Shown piece by piece: positions 9,078-18,027 of a DNA stretch of 64,000 bases (position 1 is the first letter of the stretch; every line of letters begins with the position of its first letter). The notes under the pieces were generated by a model. It was not told where the DNA came from. It saw only the letters and a program-made list of their open reading frames with translations, and did no database searches. Where the stretch lies: NCBI GenBank assembly GCA_963767005.1, contig CAVYCN010000002.1:128001-192000 (forward strand). Direction: 5' to 3'. Made by a program: the position numbers and the translations under genes. The DNA is from an uncultured Actinomycetes bacterium (GTDB lineage Bacteria; Actinomycetota; Thermoleophilia; UBA2241).

Positions 9078-10088
9078 TCAGCTCATGCTCATGAGGTAGC
9101 GCTCGGCCGAGGCCGCCGCGGTCGAGCCCTCGGCCACCGCCGTCGCGATCATCTTGACCTTGCCGGCGTAGTCGGCGAAGTCGCCGGCCGCGTAGAGACC
9201 GGGCGTGCCGGCCTCCATGGCGGAGCTCACCGGCGTGCGGGCGTCGCTGAGCGCGAGCTCCCAGCGCGCGATGCCGTGCAGCTCGGGCACCTGACCGACG
9301 CTCACCATGAGCAGGTCGGCCGGCACCTCGACCGTGGAGTCGTCGGCGAGCGCCACGACTACCCGCTCGAGCCGCTCGGCGCCGGCCAGGCCGACGACCT
9401 CGCCGTTGGTGATCAGCCTGATGTCGGCCTCGTTCAGGCGCTGCTGCGAGAACGCGTAGGCGCTGAAGGCCTCGCGCCGGTGCACGAGCGTGACGTCGGC
9501 CACGGTGCGCAGTGAGAGCGCCGTGTCGAGCGCCGAGTCGCCGCCGCCAACCACGACGACGTGGCGCGCGTCGATGTGCTCGATGGGCGGCAGCCGGTAG
9601 GTGAGCCCGCGGCCCTCGAAGTGCTCCTCGCCGGCGAGGCCCAGGCGACGCGGCATGAAGCGTCCGAGGCCGAGGGCGAGCACGAGCGTGCGAGCCGTCA
9701 CCTCGTCCTCGGGCGCGCCGTCCCGGCGGGTCGCCCCGGCGTCGTCCGTATGGACCGCCCCGGCGTCGTCCAGGTGACCGCCGCCGTCGCCGGTCCTGAT
9801 CGCGAAGTCCGACCCGGCGCGGCCGACGAACTGGACGGGCCGCCATTCCTGCAGTTCTGCGCCGAAGTGCTCGGCCTGGTCGGCGAGCCGGCGGGCGATG
9901 TCGCGCGAGAAGATCTCGGTGTGTCCCGGGAAGTTGGTGACCGGCTTGGTCGGGTAGAGGTTGATGAGCTGCCCGCCGAAGGCCTCGGCCTCGAATACGA
10001 CCGTCGACAGACCCCGCATGCCGCCGTACATGGCGGCGGCCAGGCCGGCCGGCCCGCCGCCGATCACGGCGAGGTCGTAGATTGCCAT
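9078..10088 (-). CDS. TrxB-fold NAD(P)/FAD oxidoreductase, YumC-like ferredoxin-NADP+ reductase
   Basis: IGGGPAGL, GGQLINLYPTK, VVGGGDSALD, HRR, GLYAAGD. No CxxC. SD GAGGAGG. Confidence 0.8.
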   Translation of the reverse strand: MAIYDLAVIGGGPAGLAAAMYGGMRGLSTVVFEAEAFGGQLINLYPTKPVTNFPGHTEIFSRDIARRLADQAEHFGAELQEWRPVQFVGRAGSDFAIRTGDGGGHLDDAGAVHTDDAGATRRDGAPEDEVTARTLVLALGLGRFMPRRLGLAGEEHFEGRGLTYRLPPIEHIDARHVVVVGGGDSALDTALSLRTVADVTLVHRREAFSAYAFSQQRLNEADIRLITNGEVVGLAGAERLERVVVALADDSTVEVPADLLMVSVGQVPELHGIARWELALSDARTPVSSAMEAGTPGLYAAGDFADYAGKVKMIATAVAEGSTAAASAERYLMSMS

Positions 10089-10251
10089 GTGTCCCTCCTC
10101 ACTCATGCGTACGCGGAGTGGTCTCGTGCGCGAGTATCCCACCGGCGGGCGGCTCGCAACCGAGGTGGGGAGGGGACGTGTGGCGCATGCGGTCGAGGGG
10201 CCGCTCGGCGGCGGCGCCGGCGGCGCCGCCGAGCGGCCGGTGCGAAGTGGC

Positions 10252-10257
10252 TATAAT
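10252..10257 (+). promoter_or_regulatory. -10 box for the tRNA-Leu transcript
   Basis: Perfect TATAAT in GC-rich context, about 77 nt upstream of the tRNA. Confidence 0.5.
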
Positions 10258-10333
10258 GACTCGCTGCCCGCCGCCCGGCGGCCGCGGGCCAGCTCGTGGG
10301 TGCGCGGTGTCGCGCCTCGTTTCTCTCGATCGT

Positions 10334-10422
10334 GCCGGAGTGGCGGAACTGGCAGACGCGCCGGACTCAAAATCCGGTGCCACTTGCGTGGCGTGCGGGT
10401 TCAACCCCCGCCTCCGGCACCA
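10334..10422 (+). tRNA. tRNA-Leu (anticodon CAA)
   Basis: Acceptor GCCGGAG/CTCCGGC, discriminator A, encoded CCA. Anticodon arm CCGGA-CTCAAAA-TCCGG, long variable arm, T-arm GCGGGTTCAACCCCCGC. Confidence 0.95.
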
Positions 10423-10526
10423 CGACCCTCACCGGCGAGAGAAGATCAAGGGTGCGGATATCCGCGCCAGGGACCGCGACGAGTCGCGGCAGCGCCTCGG
10501 GCGGCCGCCCCGAACCACCCTCGTCT

Positions 10527-11615
10527 CTACAGCGCCGCCTCGAGCAGCCGCTGCAGCTCGGCGGCGCTCGGCGCGGGCGCCGGTCGGGCGAGCTCGGCAC
10601 GCCGCGCGGCCGCGACGACGATGCTCGGGAGGTCGTCCGCGGCGACGCCGAGCTGGGAGAGTCGCGTCACGCTCGACAGCGCCGCCAGATCGGCGATGGC
10701 CCGGGCGGCGGCGTCGTCGCCGCCGGCCGCGACGGCCTGGGCAAAGGGCGCGAGGGCGTCGTGCGCGCGGGGCAGCACCCGACGGAAGGTGTGCGGCAGC
10801 ATGACGGCGTTTACGGCGGCGTGAGGCGCTCCGGTCAGGCCCACGATCGTCTGGCAGAGCACATGGTGGAGACCCATGCCGGTGGCGTCGAGTGCGTACC
10901 CGGCGAGCAAGGCGCCGAAGGCGAGGTGGTCGCGCTCGGCGCCCTGCTCGCCGGCCGTACGCCGGCCCTCCAGGTGAGCCGCCGCTTCGAGGTGCTGCGT
11001 GATCAGGCCCGCGGCCCGTACCGCGGCCGCGTCGCTGGCCGGGCCGGCTTCCGGCCCATAGCGCGCCTCCATCGCGTGGGCGAGCGCGTTCATCGCGCTC
11101 GCCGCGAGGTCGGGCAGGGGCTGCGACGCGGACAGGCCGGGGTCGTTCACGACCAGGCGGGGCCGCCGGGGGGCGGCGCCCGAGCCGTCGGTCAGGGGAC
11201 GGTGGCCCGCGGTCATCTCCGCCCCGGACAGCGTGGTCGGCAGCGCCGCGACCTGCAGCTCGAAGGCGGCAGCGAGCGCCTTGGCGACGTCGATCACACG
11301 CCCGCCGCCGATCGCGACGATCGCGTCGACGGCGGGGCCGGCGAAGGCCGCGGCCACCGCCGACGCGGTCTCGGGAACGGGTCCGAGCGGCGCCGCGATG
11401 ACGGCGCTTGCGGCGGCGGCAAGGTTCGCCGGCGCGAGCTGGCCGTGCGAGCCGGTCAGGAGGATGAAGGGGGCGAGGCCCTCGGCGGCGACCAGGTCAC
11501 CGGCCCACGCCGCCGATCCGCGGCCGTAGCAGATCAGGCGCTCGCCGTCGCGCCAGCGGAAGGGTGCCGCCGAGACGGCCGCGTCGAGGCTCGCGATCGT
11601 CGGGTCCTTGCTCAC
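10527..11615 (-). CDS. Iron-containing alcohol dehydrogenase family, maleylacetate reductase-like
   Basis: IGGGRVIDVAK, PTTLSGAE, NALAHAMEA, MGLHHVLCQ, PHAAVNAVMLP. Confidence 0.8.
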   Translation of the reverse strand: MSKDPTIASLDAAVSAAPFRWRDGERLICYGRGSAAWAGDLVAAEGLAPFILLTGSHGQLAPANLAAAASAVIAAPLGPVPETASAVAAAFAGPAVDAIVAIGGGRVIDVAKALAAAFELQVAALPTTLSGAEMTAGHRPLTDGSGAAPRRPRLVVNDPGLSASQPLPDLAASAMNALAHAMEARYGPEAGPASDAAAVRAAGLITQHLEAAAHLEGRRTAGEQGAERDHLAFGALLAGYALDATGMGLHHVLCQTIVGLTGAPHAAVNAVMLPHTFRRVLPRAHDALAPFAQAVAAGGDDAAARAIADLAALSSVTRLSQLGVAADDLPSIVVAAARRAELARPAPAPSAAELQRLLEAAL

Positions 11616-11706
11616 CGTCGACTCCTGGAGCGCCCGGACTCCTGTGCGTGTGCCGAAGCCTCTCAGGCCAGTGTGCGCCGAAATCCGCCGAACGTCGACG
11701 TTTGAG

Positions 11707-12363
11707 CTACGCCGCCAGGCGATCGCCCAGCAGCCCGCGCAGGGTGACGGCCAGGTGCGCGACGAAGTCGTGGTCGATCGCGTGCAGCATGGCGCTCTCG
11801 CGCAGCTCGACCTCGAGGCCGGCCGCGCTCAGCTCCCGGGCCGCGGCGCGGCCGAGCTCCACGGGGATGACCGGATCGTAGACGCCGTGGCCGATCGCGA
11901 CCGGCACGTCGCGGTGGCCCCCGAGGTCGAGCACGAAGCCGTCGACCTCGGGGATGAACCCGCTGAGCGCGATGAGCGCCGCCGGCGAGGGCCGGCCCTC
12001 GCCCAGGCCGGCGGCGTACGCCATGACGGCGCCCTGCGAGAAGCCGCCGAGGATGGTGGCGTCGAGGCCCACGCCGGTCAGCGCCGGCAGGTCGTCGAGG
12101 CGGGCGCAGAGACGCCCGTAGGTCTCGAGGAAGGTGACGCGGTCGGGCCGGCCGACCGCGCCCGACACATACCAGTGCCGGCCGCCGGGAGGCAGCCGCA
12201 GCGGGGCGCGGATCGTGACGCCCACGAGTCGCCGGTCGGGGTCGAGGGCATGCACGAGCGGCACGAGGTCGCGTTCGTCGGCGCCGCGGCCGTGCAGCAG
12301 CACGAGGGCGCCGGCCGGCCGCGCCGGCCGCTGCGCGACCGCGATATTGAGCCCGCCGTTCAC
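11707..12363 (-). CDS. Phospholipase/carboxylesterase (MhqD-like alpha/beta hydrolase)
   Basis: LLHGRG, GFSQG nucleophile elbow, HGVYDPVIP, MLHAID. Confidence 0.85.
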   Translation of the reverse strand: MNGGLNIAVAQRPARPAGALVLLHGRGADERDLVPLVHALDPDRRLVGVTIRAPLRLPPGGRHWYVSGAVGRPDRVTFLETYGRLCARLDDLPALTGVGLDATILGGFSQGAVMAYAAGLGEGRPSPAALIALSGFIPEVDGFVLDLGGHRDVPVAIGHGVYDPVIPVELGRAAARELSAAGLEVELRESAMLHAIDHDFVAHLAVTLRGLLGDRLAA

Positions 12364-13283
12364 GCCGCGGCCCGGCGTGAACGCGGATCGACCAGGACGG
12401 GCAGCTCACGCTCGAGGCGTGGACGCAGGTGCTCGTACCGCGCCGGCAGGCGCAGGACCTCGCCGAGGCGGTCGAACGACTCGTCGACGGCGAAGCCGGG
12501 GCCGAGCGTGGCGATCTCGAACAGCACACCGCTCGGCTCGCGGAAGTACACCGAGTGGAAGTACGTGCGGTCGATGATCGGGGTGGCGTGCAGCCCGGCC
12601 GCGAGCAGCCGCTCGCGCCAGGCGGGCTGGTCGGCGTCGGGCACGGCCCAGGCGATGTGGTGGACCGTGCCGGCGCCCTGGTATGCCCAGGTGCGCGGCG
12701 CGGCGTCGTAGACATACGAAGACGAGCGGCCGCCGCCGGCCGCCACCCAGGCGGTCGCTCCAGGGGCGAAGCCGAGCGTCTGTTCGAGCGTGGCCGCGCT
12801 CGTCTGCGGCGCCCCGCTGTAGGCGCGGACGCCGGCGAATCCGCGCAAGGCGTGACGCGGCGGTATGTCCGCCACGGCCGCGGCGAGCGGCGCCTCCGAC
12901 GCGTCCGACACGACGAGCTCGAGGGCAAGGCCCTCGGGGTCGTCGAAGCGCAGGCTGCCGCCCGTGTGCTCGGTGCGCGCACCGGCCGCTTCCAGCCGGC
13001 GCTCCCAGAAGTCGAGGGCGGGCTCGTCGGCCACGCGCCAGACGATGCGATGGATCATGCCCTCGCCGGCGATGCCGCGCGGCACGCCGGGGTAGGCGAA
13101 GAACGTGAGGATGCTGCCCGGCGTACCGCGGTCGTCGCCGTAGTACAGGTGGTAGGTCTCGGGGTCGTCGAAGTTGACGGTCTTCTTCACGAACCGCAGG
13201 CCGAGCGTCCCCGCGTAGAACGAGAGGTTGGCCTGCGCGTCGGCGGTGATCGCCGTGATGTGGTGGATGCCCTGGAGTTCCAT
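12360..13283 (-). CDS. VOC-family ring-cleaving dioxygenase (MhqO/PcpA/LinE-like)
   Basis: GIHHITAI, KKTVNFDD..YHLYY, GTVHHIAW, DRTYFHSVYFREPSGVLFEIAT. Confidence 0.9.
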   Translation of the reverse strand: MELQGIHHITAITADAQANLSFYAGTLGLRFVKKTVNFDDPETYHLYYGDDRGTPGSILTFFAYPGVPRGIAGEGMIHRIVWRVADEPALDFWERRLEAAGARTEHTGGSLRFDDPEGLALELVVSDASEAPLAAAVADIPPRHALRGFAGVRAYSGAPQTSAATLEQTLGFAPGATAWVAAGGGRSSSYVYDAAPRTWAYQGAGTVHHIAWAVPDADQPAWRERLLAAGLHATPIIDRTYFHSVYFREPSGVLFEIATLGPGFAVDESFDRLGEVLRLPARYEHLRPRLERELPVLVDPRSRRAAA

Positions 13284-13410
13284 TGCTTCGCTCCCGCACT
13301 CCCGCTAGGTCGGATCACCTGGCATATACCCCGCGGGGAACCTGCCGGCGTGAGGGTGGGTGGGAGGCTGGCCTGGGGCGCCGGGACCGACCGACGGCGA
13401 CGGCGAAGGA

Positions 13411-16400
13411 TCAGCGGCCGGCGGTAGCCACCGCGGCCGCGGTGGCCGGCGCGCACATGAACCGGTTGCGGCCGCTCAGCTTGGCGGCGGCGAGCGCATC
13501 GTCTGCCTGCTGGAGCAGGTCGTCCTTGCTCAACGCGCCGTCGCCGAGGACGGCGACGCCGATGCTCACCGTGAGCCGCCGCCGATCGCCGATCAGGCGC
13601 GCCTGCTCGACCCTCGTGCGAATGCGTTCGGCGACCTCGACGGCCACGTCCAGGCCGCTGCCGTGGAGGACCACGGCGAGCTGGTCGCCGCCGTAGCGCG
13701 CGGCGATGTCGGACGAGCGGATCGAGCCGGACACGATACGGGCGAGCTCGCGCAGGGCCTCGTCGCCCTCGGGGTGTCCGCGGCGGTCGTTGAACTGCTT
13801 GAAACGATCGAGGTCGGCGAACAGCAGGGCGAGCGGCGCGCCGGTCTCCAGTGCGAGCGCGACCTCGACGGCGAGGCGCTCCTGCAGGTGGCGGTGGTTG
13901 TACAGGCCGGTGAGCGAGTCGGTGATGGCGTCGATCTCGGAGCGGCTCACGCGCAGCGCGGCCGAGTGGGCCAGGCCGGCGAACGTCTCGCTCACGTCGC
14001 TGCTCACGGCGGCGAGGCGGTCGACGCCCAGGGGAGAGGCGCCGGCGGAGACGAGCGCCGCGACGGCGCCGGTCTCGTCGCGGATGGGCGCGGCGCTCGC
14101 GATCCACGTGCCGCGGCTGTCGACCGTGACGATCGTGGCCGACTGGCGGCGCCCGGCGAAGGCGTCGAGCTCGAGATCGTCGGAGAAGCCGGTGTCGCCG
14201 AGCGGGATGTGCAGCTCGGGACGCGCCTCGCCGTCGACGATCACGGCGCGGCGGCGGTCGTCGATCGCGACCTCGGTGACGAGGCGCTGCACGTCGGGGT
14301 GGGCTGCCCGCACGGCCGCGAGGGTCGCCTGGATGGCTCGATACTCGGGGCAGCTCTCGTCGGCGCTCTCGCACGCGAGGCTGTTGTCGCGCGCCGGGAT
14401 CAGGGCGGCCGCTTCGGCGGCCGCCGCAGCGGCGCGCCGCTGCTGGCGGGCAAGGCGGCGCAGCATCCTCACCATGGCGTCGACCATGGCCGGGTCGAAC
14501 TGGGTGCCACGGCAGCGCTCGAGCTCGGTGACGCACTCCCTGAAGGTCAGCGCCCGGCGGTAGACGCGCCGCGACGACATCGCGTCGTAGCAGTCGACCA
14601 CGCAGAGCAGGCGGGCGAGCTCCGGGATGCCGGCGCCCGCGAGGCCGGCCGGGTAGCCCCGTCCGTCGTAGCGCTCGTGGTGGTGACGCACGGCCGCCAC
14701 GAGCGGCGCGTCGAGCAGGGGCTCGATGATCTCGGCGCTCACCACCGGGTGCTGGCGCATGAGCTCCCACTCCTCGTCGGACAGGGCGCCCGGCTTGAGC
14801 AGCACGCGGTCGGAGACGGCGATCTTGCCGATGTCGTGCAGGTAGGCGATCTCCTCGACCTGCTGCACGGTCTTCTCGGGCAGGCCGAGCTCCCTGGCCA
14901 GCAGCACCGCGTAGACGGCGACGCGGGTGGTGTGGCCCAGCGTGTAGTAGTCCTTGGCCGTGAGGGCCGACGAGAGCGCCCGCAGGTTGCCCAGGTGCAG
15001 GCGGCGGACGTTCTCGTAGAGCCGCGCGTTGCGCACGGCCAGCGAGAGCTGTGCGCCCACCGCGGCGAACAGCGAGCGGTCCTGCGGCGAGAAGGTGCCC
15101 TCACTCGCGCTGCCGAGCACCAGGATGCCGATCAGCCGGTCCTCCTCGAAGAGGCCGACGGCGGCGGCGCTGCGCAGCCCGACGAGCGTACGGCCAGAGA
15201 ACGGCAGCTCGTCGGGCAGGCTCAGCAGAGCGGCCCGCTCGCGCTCGAGGCGAGCGACGAAGCCGGCGTCGATCATGGAGAAGTCGATGCCGGCGAGCTG
15301 GCTGTGTTCCTGAGTCGTGTAGACGACATCGACGGGCCGACCCGGTTCGGGCTCGAGCAGGAGCGTGCCCTGCTCGAAGGGGGTGACGCGGCGCAACTGG
15401 GCGATCGTGGCCGCGGCGATGTCGGCTACGTCGAGGCTGGCGACCGAGGCGCGCGCGACGTCGTTCAACAGCATGGCCTCGTCGGTGCGCTGGCGCAGGC
15501 CCGCGACGAGGCGGGCGTTGTGCAGCGCGATGGCCGCCTGCTCGGCGATGCCGGTGGCGAGCTCGACCTCGTCCGCGCTGAAGTGCCGCTCGTGCGCGGT
15601 CTCGATCAGCACGAGGACCCCGAGGGGCTGGTCGCCGAAGTACAGCGGCACGTTCAGACACGTCTTCTCGCCCCAGTCCTCCATGGACTCGCGCACGTCT
15701 GCGGGCAGGTCGAGGTCGGAGACGCTCTCGATCAGTGTCGTGCGGCTGCTCAGGAGCTCGCGGTCGGACGGCCAGTCGCTCAGCGGGAACGCGGTGCCGG
15801 TGTTGTCGTGGTCGTAGGAGTTCTCGCTGTACAGCACGAGGGCCGTCAGCGTGTCGGCCGCGGCGTCGAAGTCGTAGATGACACACTCGGGGCAGCCGAG
15901 CGCTTCCGCGGCGGTGCGCGCGACGGTCGACAGGACATCGTCGAAGACGAGCCGCGACGTGATCGCCTTGCCGGCGTCGATGAGCGACGCGAGCCGCCGC
16001 GCCCGTTCGGTCTGCTCGCGGTAGAGCTCGGCGTTCTCGATGGCCAGGGCGGCCACGCCGGCCATCGCCCGGGCGGTCGCGACCTCGTCGGGCGAGAAGA
16101 CGCGGCCTTCCCGGCGGTCGGCGAGCTTGATCGTGCCCGTGACCGCGCCCTTGAGGATCATGGGGACGACCAGCACGCACTGCTCGTCCCATTCGAGCAT
16201 CGCCGCACGCTGCGCCCGGCTCACGATGGGATCGTCAGGCGAGGCGACCACGATGGGCTCGTGCGTCTCGATCACGCGTCGGTCGGCGTGCCACTCGGAC
16301 AGCGCCACGCGCTTTCCGTCCCACTCGTGGCAGCGCGTGTCGCCGACGAACGACATGACGTCGACGAGGCTGTCGCCGTCGAGGCGGTAGATGTCGCAGC

Positions 16401-17856
16401 AGGCCGTCACGCTGAAGAGCTCCACGAAGCGGCGCGCCGTCGTCTCGAGCACGGCCTCGACCTCACGCATCGACGACAGCTCACGACTCAGCTCGTTGAC
16501 GAGGGTCTCGCGGCGCCCGCGCACGGCGAGCTCGTCCCGGCGCTTTTCGAGGTCTTCGAACAGCCGGGCGTTTCTGATCGCCACGGCCGCCTGCTCGCCG
16601 AGCGCGCGGACGAGCTCGAGGTCGTCGTCCGAGTAGCGCGCCTCGAACTCGGTCTCGGTGATCACCATGAGGCCGACGCGATCCGGGCCGGCACGCAGCG
16701 GCACGGTCAGGCAGCTCCGTTCGCCCCACTCCTCCATCGAGGCGCGGCTGGCGGGGTCGAGCCCGGGGTCGGACAGACACTCGAAGAGGGTCTCGCCGTG
16801 CTCGATGAACCCGGCCGGCAGCGCGTACCCGGACAGCGGCTGCGACACACCGACCTCCAGATAGCCGGACGGCTGGGTCTCGTAGATGCCGCAGGGTGTG
16901 ATCGTGTCGCGCGCGGAGTCGTACTCGAAGATGGTGCAGTTGTTGGCGCCCAGGCTCTCGCAGGCCTTGCGTGCCAGCATGTTCAGGACCTCGCTCACGA
17001 CGAGGCTCGATGAGATGGCGCGGCTGGCTTCGACCAGCGAGGCGAGGCGCTCGGAGCGCTCGGTCTGCTGGCGATAGAGGTCGGCGTTCTGGATGGCGAG
17101 GGCGGCCACGCCGGCCAGGGCGGCGCAGACGGCCACGTCGTCGTCGCTGAAGCGCCGCTCCTCGCCGAGCTGCCCCAGCTCGACCGCGCCGATCGCCGCG
17201 TCGCGGGCGATCATCGGCACGATCATGCAGGAGCGCTCGTCCCATTCGATCATGGTCCGGCGCTCGGTGTCGGACAGGCGCGGGTCGTCGATCGAGGTCA
17301 CGACGACCGGCGCGCGGGTCTCGAGCGCGAGGCGGCTCAGGTTCCAGTCCGCCAGGGCGAAGCGCCGGTCGTCCCACTCGTGGGCGAACTCGCCCCGCCG
17401 GACCGACGCCACGCAGACGAAGTCGTCCCCGTCCAAGCGGTAGATGTCGCAGTCGTTCACGTCGAGGAGCTCGACGAAGCGGCGGGCGCTCGTCTCGAGG
17501 ACGCGCTCGAGGTCGAGGCTCGACGACAGGTCGAGCGCCATCTCGGCCGTCAGGCGCTGCCGTCGTTCACGCTGGGCGCGCTCGCTCGTCGCCGCCCGCG
17601 CGCCGGAGCGCGGCGCCGAGGGCGGCGTCGCGGCGTTTGGGGCGGAAACGTGCGCCAGGTGAGCCGGAGCGGAGGCTGAGTCAGGGACCCGGTCGGCCTC
17701 AAGGTGTTCGAGGTCGGCGCGCCGGAACCGCCGCTGGCCGCCGGGCGTGCGGCGGCAGGGGAGCTCGCCGGCGTCGCTCCAGCGACGCACCGTGGCGACG
17801 CTGAGCCCCAGCAGTTCGGCCGCCTGGGTGATGCCCAGCCAGCCGTCGGTCGGCAT
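13411..17856 (-). CDS. c-di-GMP signalling protein: HTH - 5x GAF - HD-GYP - Cache-like - degenerate GGDEF
   Basis: N-terminal AAELLGLSVATVRRW..G.LP..RTPGGQRRF, five GAF units ending A(I/L/V)xNA.L, HDIGK/HHERYDGRGYP, and DLDRFKQFND..GH..GD with RYGGDQL. SD GGAAGGGG before ATG 17856. Confidence 0.88.
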   Translation of the reverse strand: MPTDGWLGITQAAELLGLSVATVRRWSDAGELPCRRTPGGQRRFRRADLEHLEADRVPDSASAPAHLAHVSAPNAATPPSAPRSGARAATSERAQRERRQRLTAEMALDLSSSLDLERVLETSARRFVELLDVNDCDIYRLDGDDFVCVASVRRGEFAHEWDDRRFALADWNLSRLALETRAPVVVTSIDDPRLSDTERRTMIEWDERSCMIVPMIARDAAIGAVELGQLGEERRFSDDDVAVCAALAGVAALAIQNADLYRQQTERSERLASLVEASRAISSSLVVSEVLNMLARKACESLGANNCTIFEYDSARDTITPCGIYETQPSGYLEVGVSQPLSGYALPAGFIEHGETLFECLSDPGLDPASRASMEEWGERSCLTVPLRAGPDRVGLMVITETEFEARYSDDDLELVRALGEQAAVAIRNARLFEDLEKRRDELAVRGRRETLVNELSRELSSMREVEAVLETTARRFVELFSVTACCDIYRLDGDSLVDVMSFVGDTRCHEWDGKRVALSEWHADRRVIETHEPIVVASPDDPIVSRAQRAAMLEWDEQCVLVVPMILKGAVTGTIKLADRREGRVFSPDEVATARAMAGVAALAIENAELYREQTERARRLASLIDAGKAITSRLVFDDVLSTVARTAAEALGCPECVIYDFDAAADTLTALVLYSENSYDHDNTGTAFPLSDWPSDRELLSSRTTLIESVSDLDLPADVRESMEDWGEKTCLNVPLYFGDQPLGVLVLIETAHERHFSADEVELATGIAEQAAIALHNARLVAGLRQRTDEAMLLNDVARASVASLDVADIAAATIAQLRRVTPFEQGTLLLEPEPGRPVDVVYTTQEHSQLAGIDFSMIDAGFVARLERERAALLSLPDELPFSGRTLVGLRSAAAVGLFEEDRLIGILVLGSASEGTFSPQDRSLFAAVGAQLSLAVRNARLYENVRRLHLGNLRALSSALTAKDYYTLGHTTRVAVYAVLLARELGLPEKTVQQVEEIAYLHDIGKIAVSDRVLLKPGALSDEEWELMRQHPVVSAEIIEPLLDAPLVAAVRHHHERYDGRGYPAGLAGAGIPELARLLCVVDCYDAMSSRRVYRRALTFRECVTELERCRGTQFDPAMVDAMVRMLRRLARQQRRAAAAAAEAAALIPARDNSLACESADESCPEYRAIQATLAAVRAAHPDVQRLVTEVAIDDRRRAVIVDGEARPELHIPLGDTGFSDDLELDAFAGRRQSATIVTVDSRGTWIASAAPIRDETGAVAALVSAGASPLGVDRLAAVSSDVSETFAGLAHSAALRVSRSEIDAITDSLTGLYNHRHLQERLAVEVALALETGAPLALLFADLDRFKQFNDRRGHPEGDEALRELARIVSGSIRSSDIAARYGGDQLAVVLHGSGLDVAVEVAERIRTRVEQARLIGDRRRLTVSIGVAVLGDGALSKDDLLQQADDALAAAKLSGRNRFMCAPATAAAVATAGR

Positions 17857-18027
17857 GGTTGTGCCCCTTCCCATGCTCTCTACTGTCGGCAGCGACTCGT
17901 GCAAACCTGAGCAACTCGCTCAAAGCTGCGCAGGTGTCGAGCGCCGGTCGGCGGGCCGACCGTCGTGTCGGGACGCTTTCCCGCGGCTAGAATCACTCGG
18001 ACGGACGAGGCGAGCGGCGAGGCGGAC

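Noticed and set aside
9721-9790. 24-nt duplication giving a DDAGA-repeat insertion in the YumC-like reductase
   Set aside because: An in-frame low-complexity loop, probably from neutral slippage.
10334-10526. tRNA-Leu as an integration site for an island
   Set aside because: No integrase nearby, no duplicated tRNA 3' end noticed in the window, and no clear compositional break.
13360-17013. Very long antisense/alternate-frame ORFs (e.g. 13360..17013 +, 37167..39968 -, 55422..58241 -, 33062..35695 -)
   Set aside because: They are shadow ORFs of GC3-rich genes on the opposite strand, with no motifs and biased composition.
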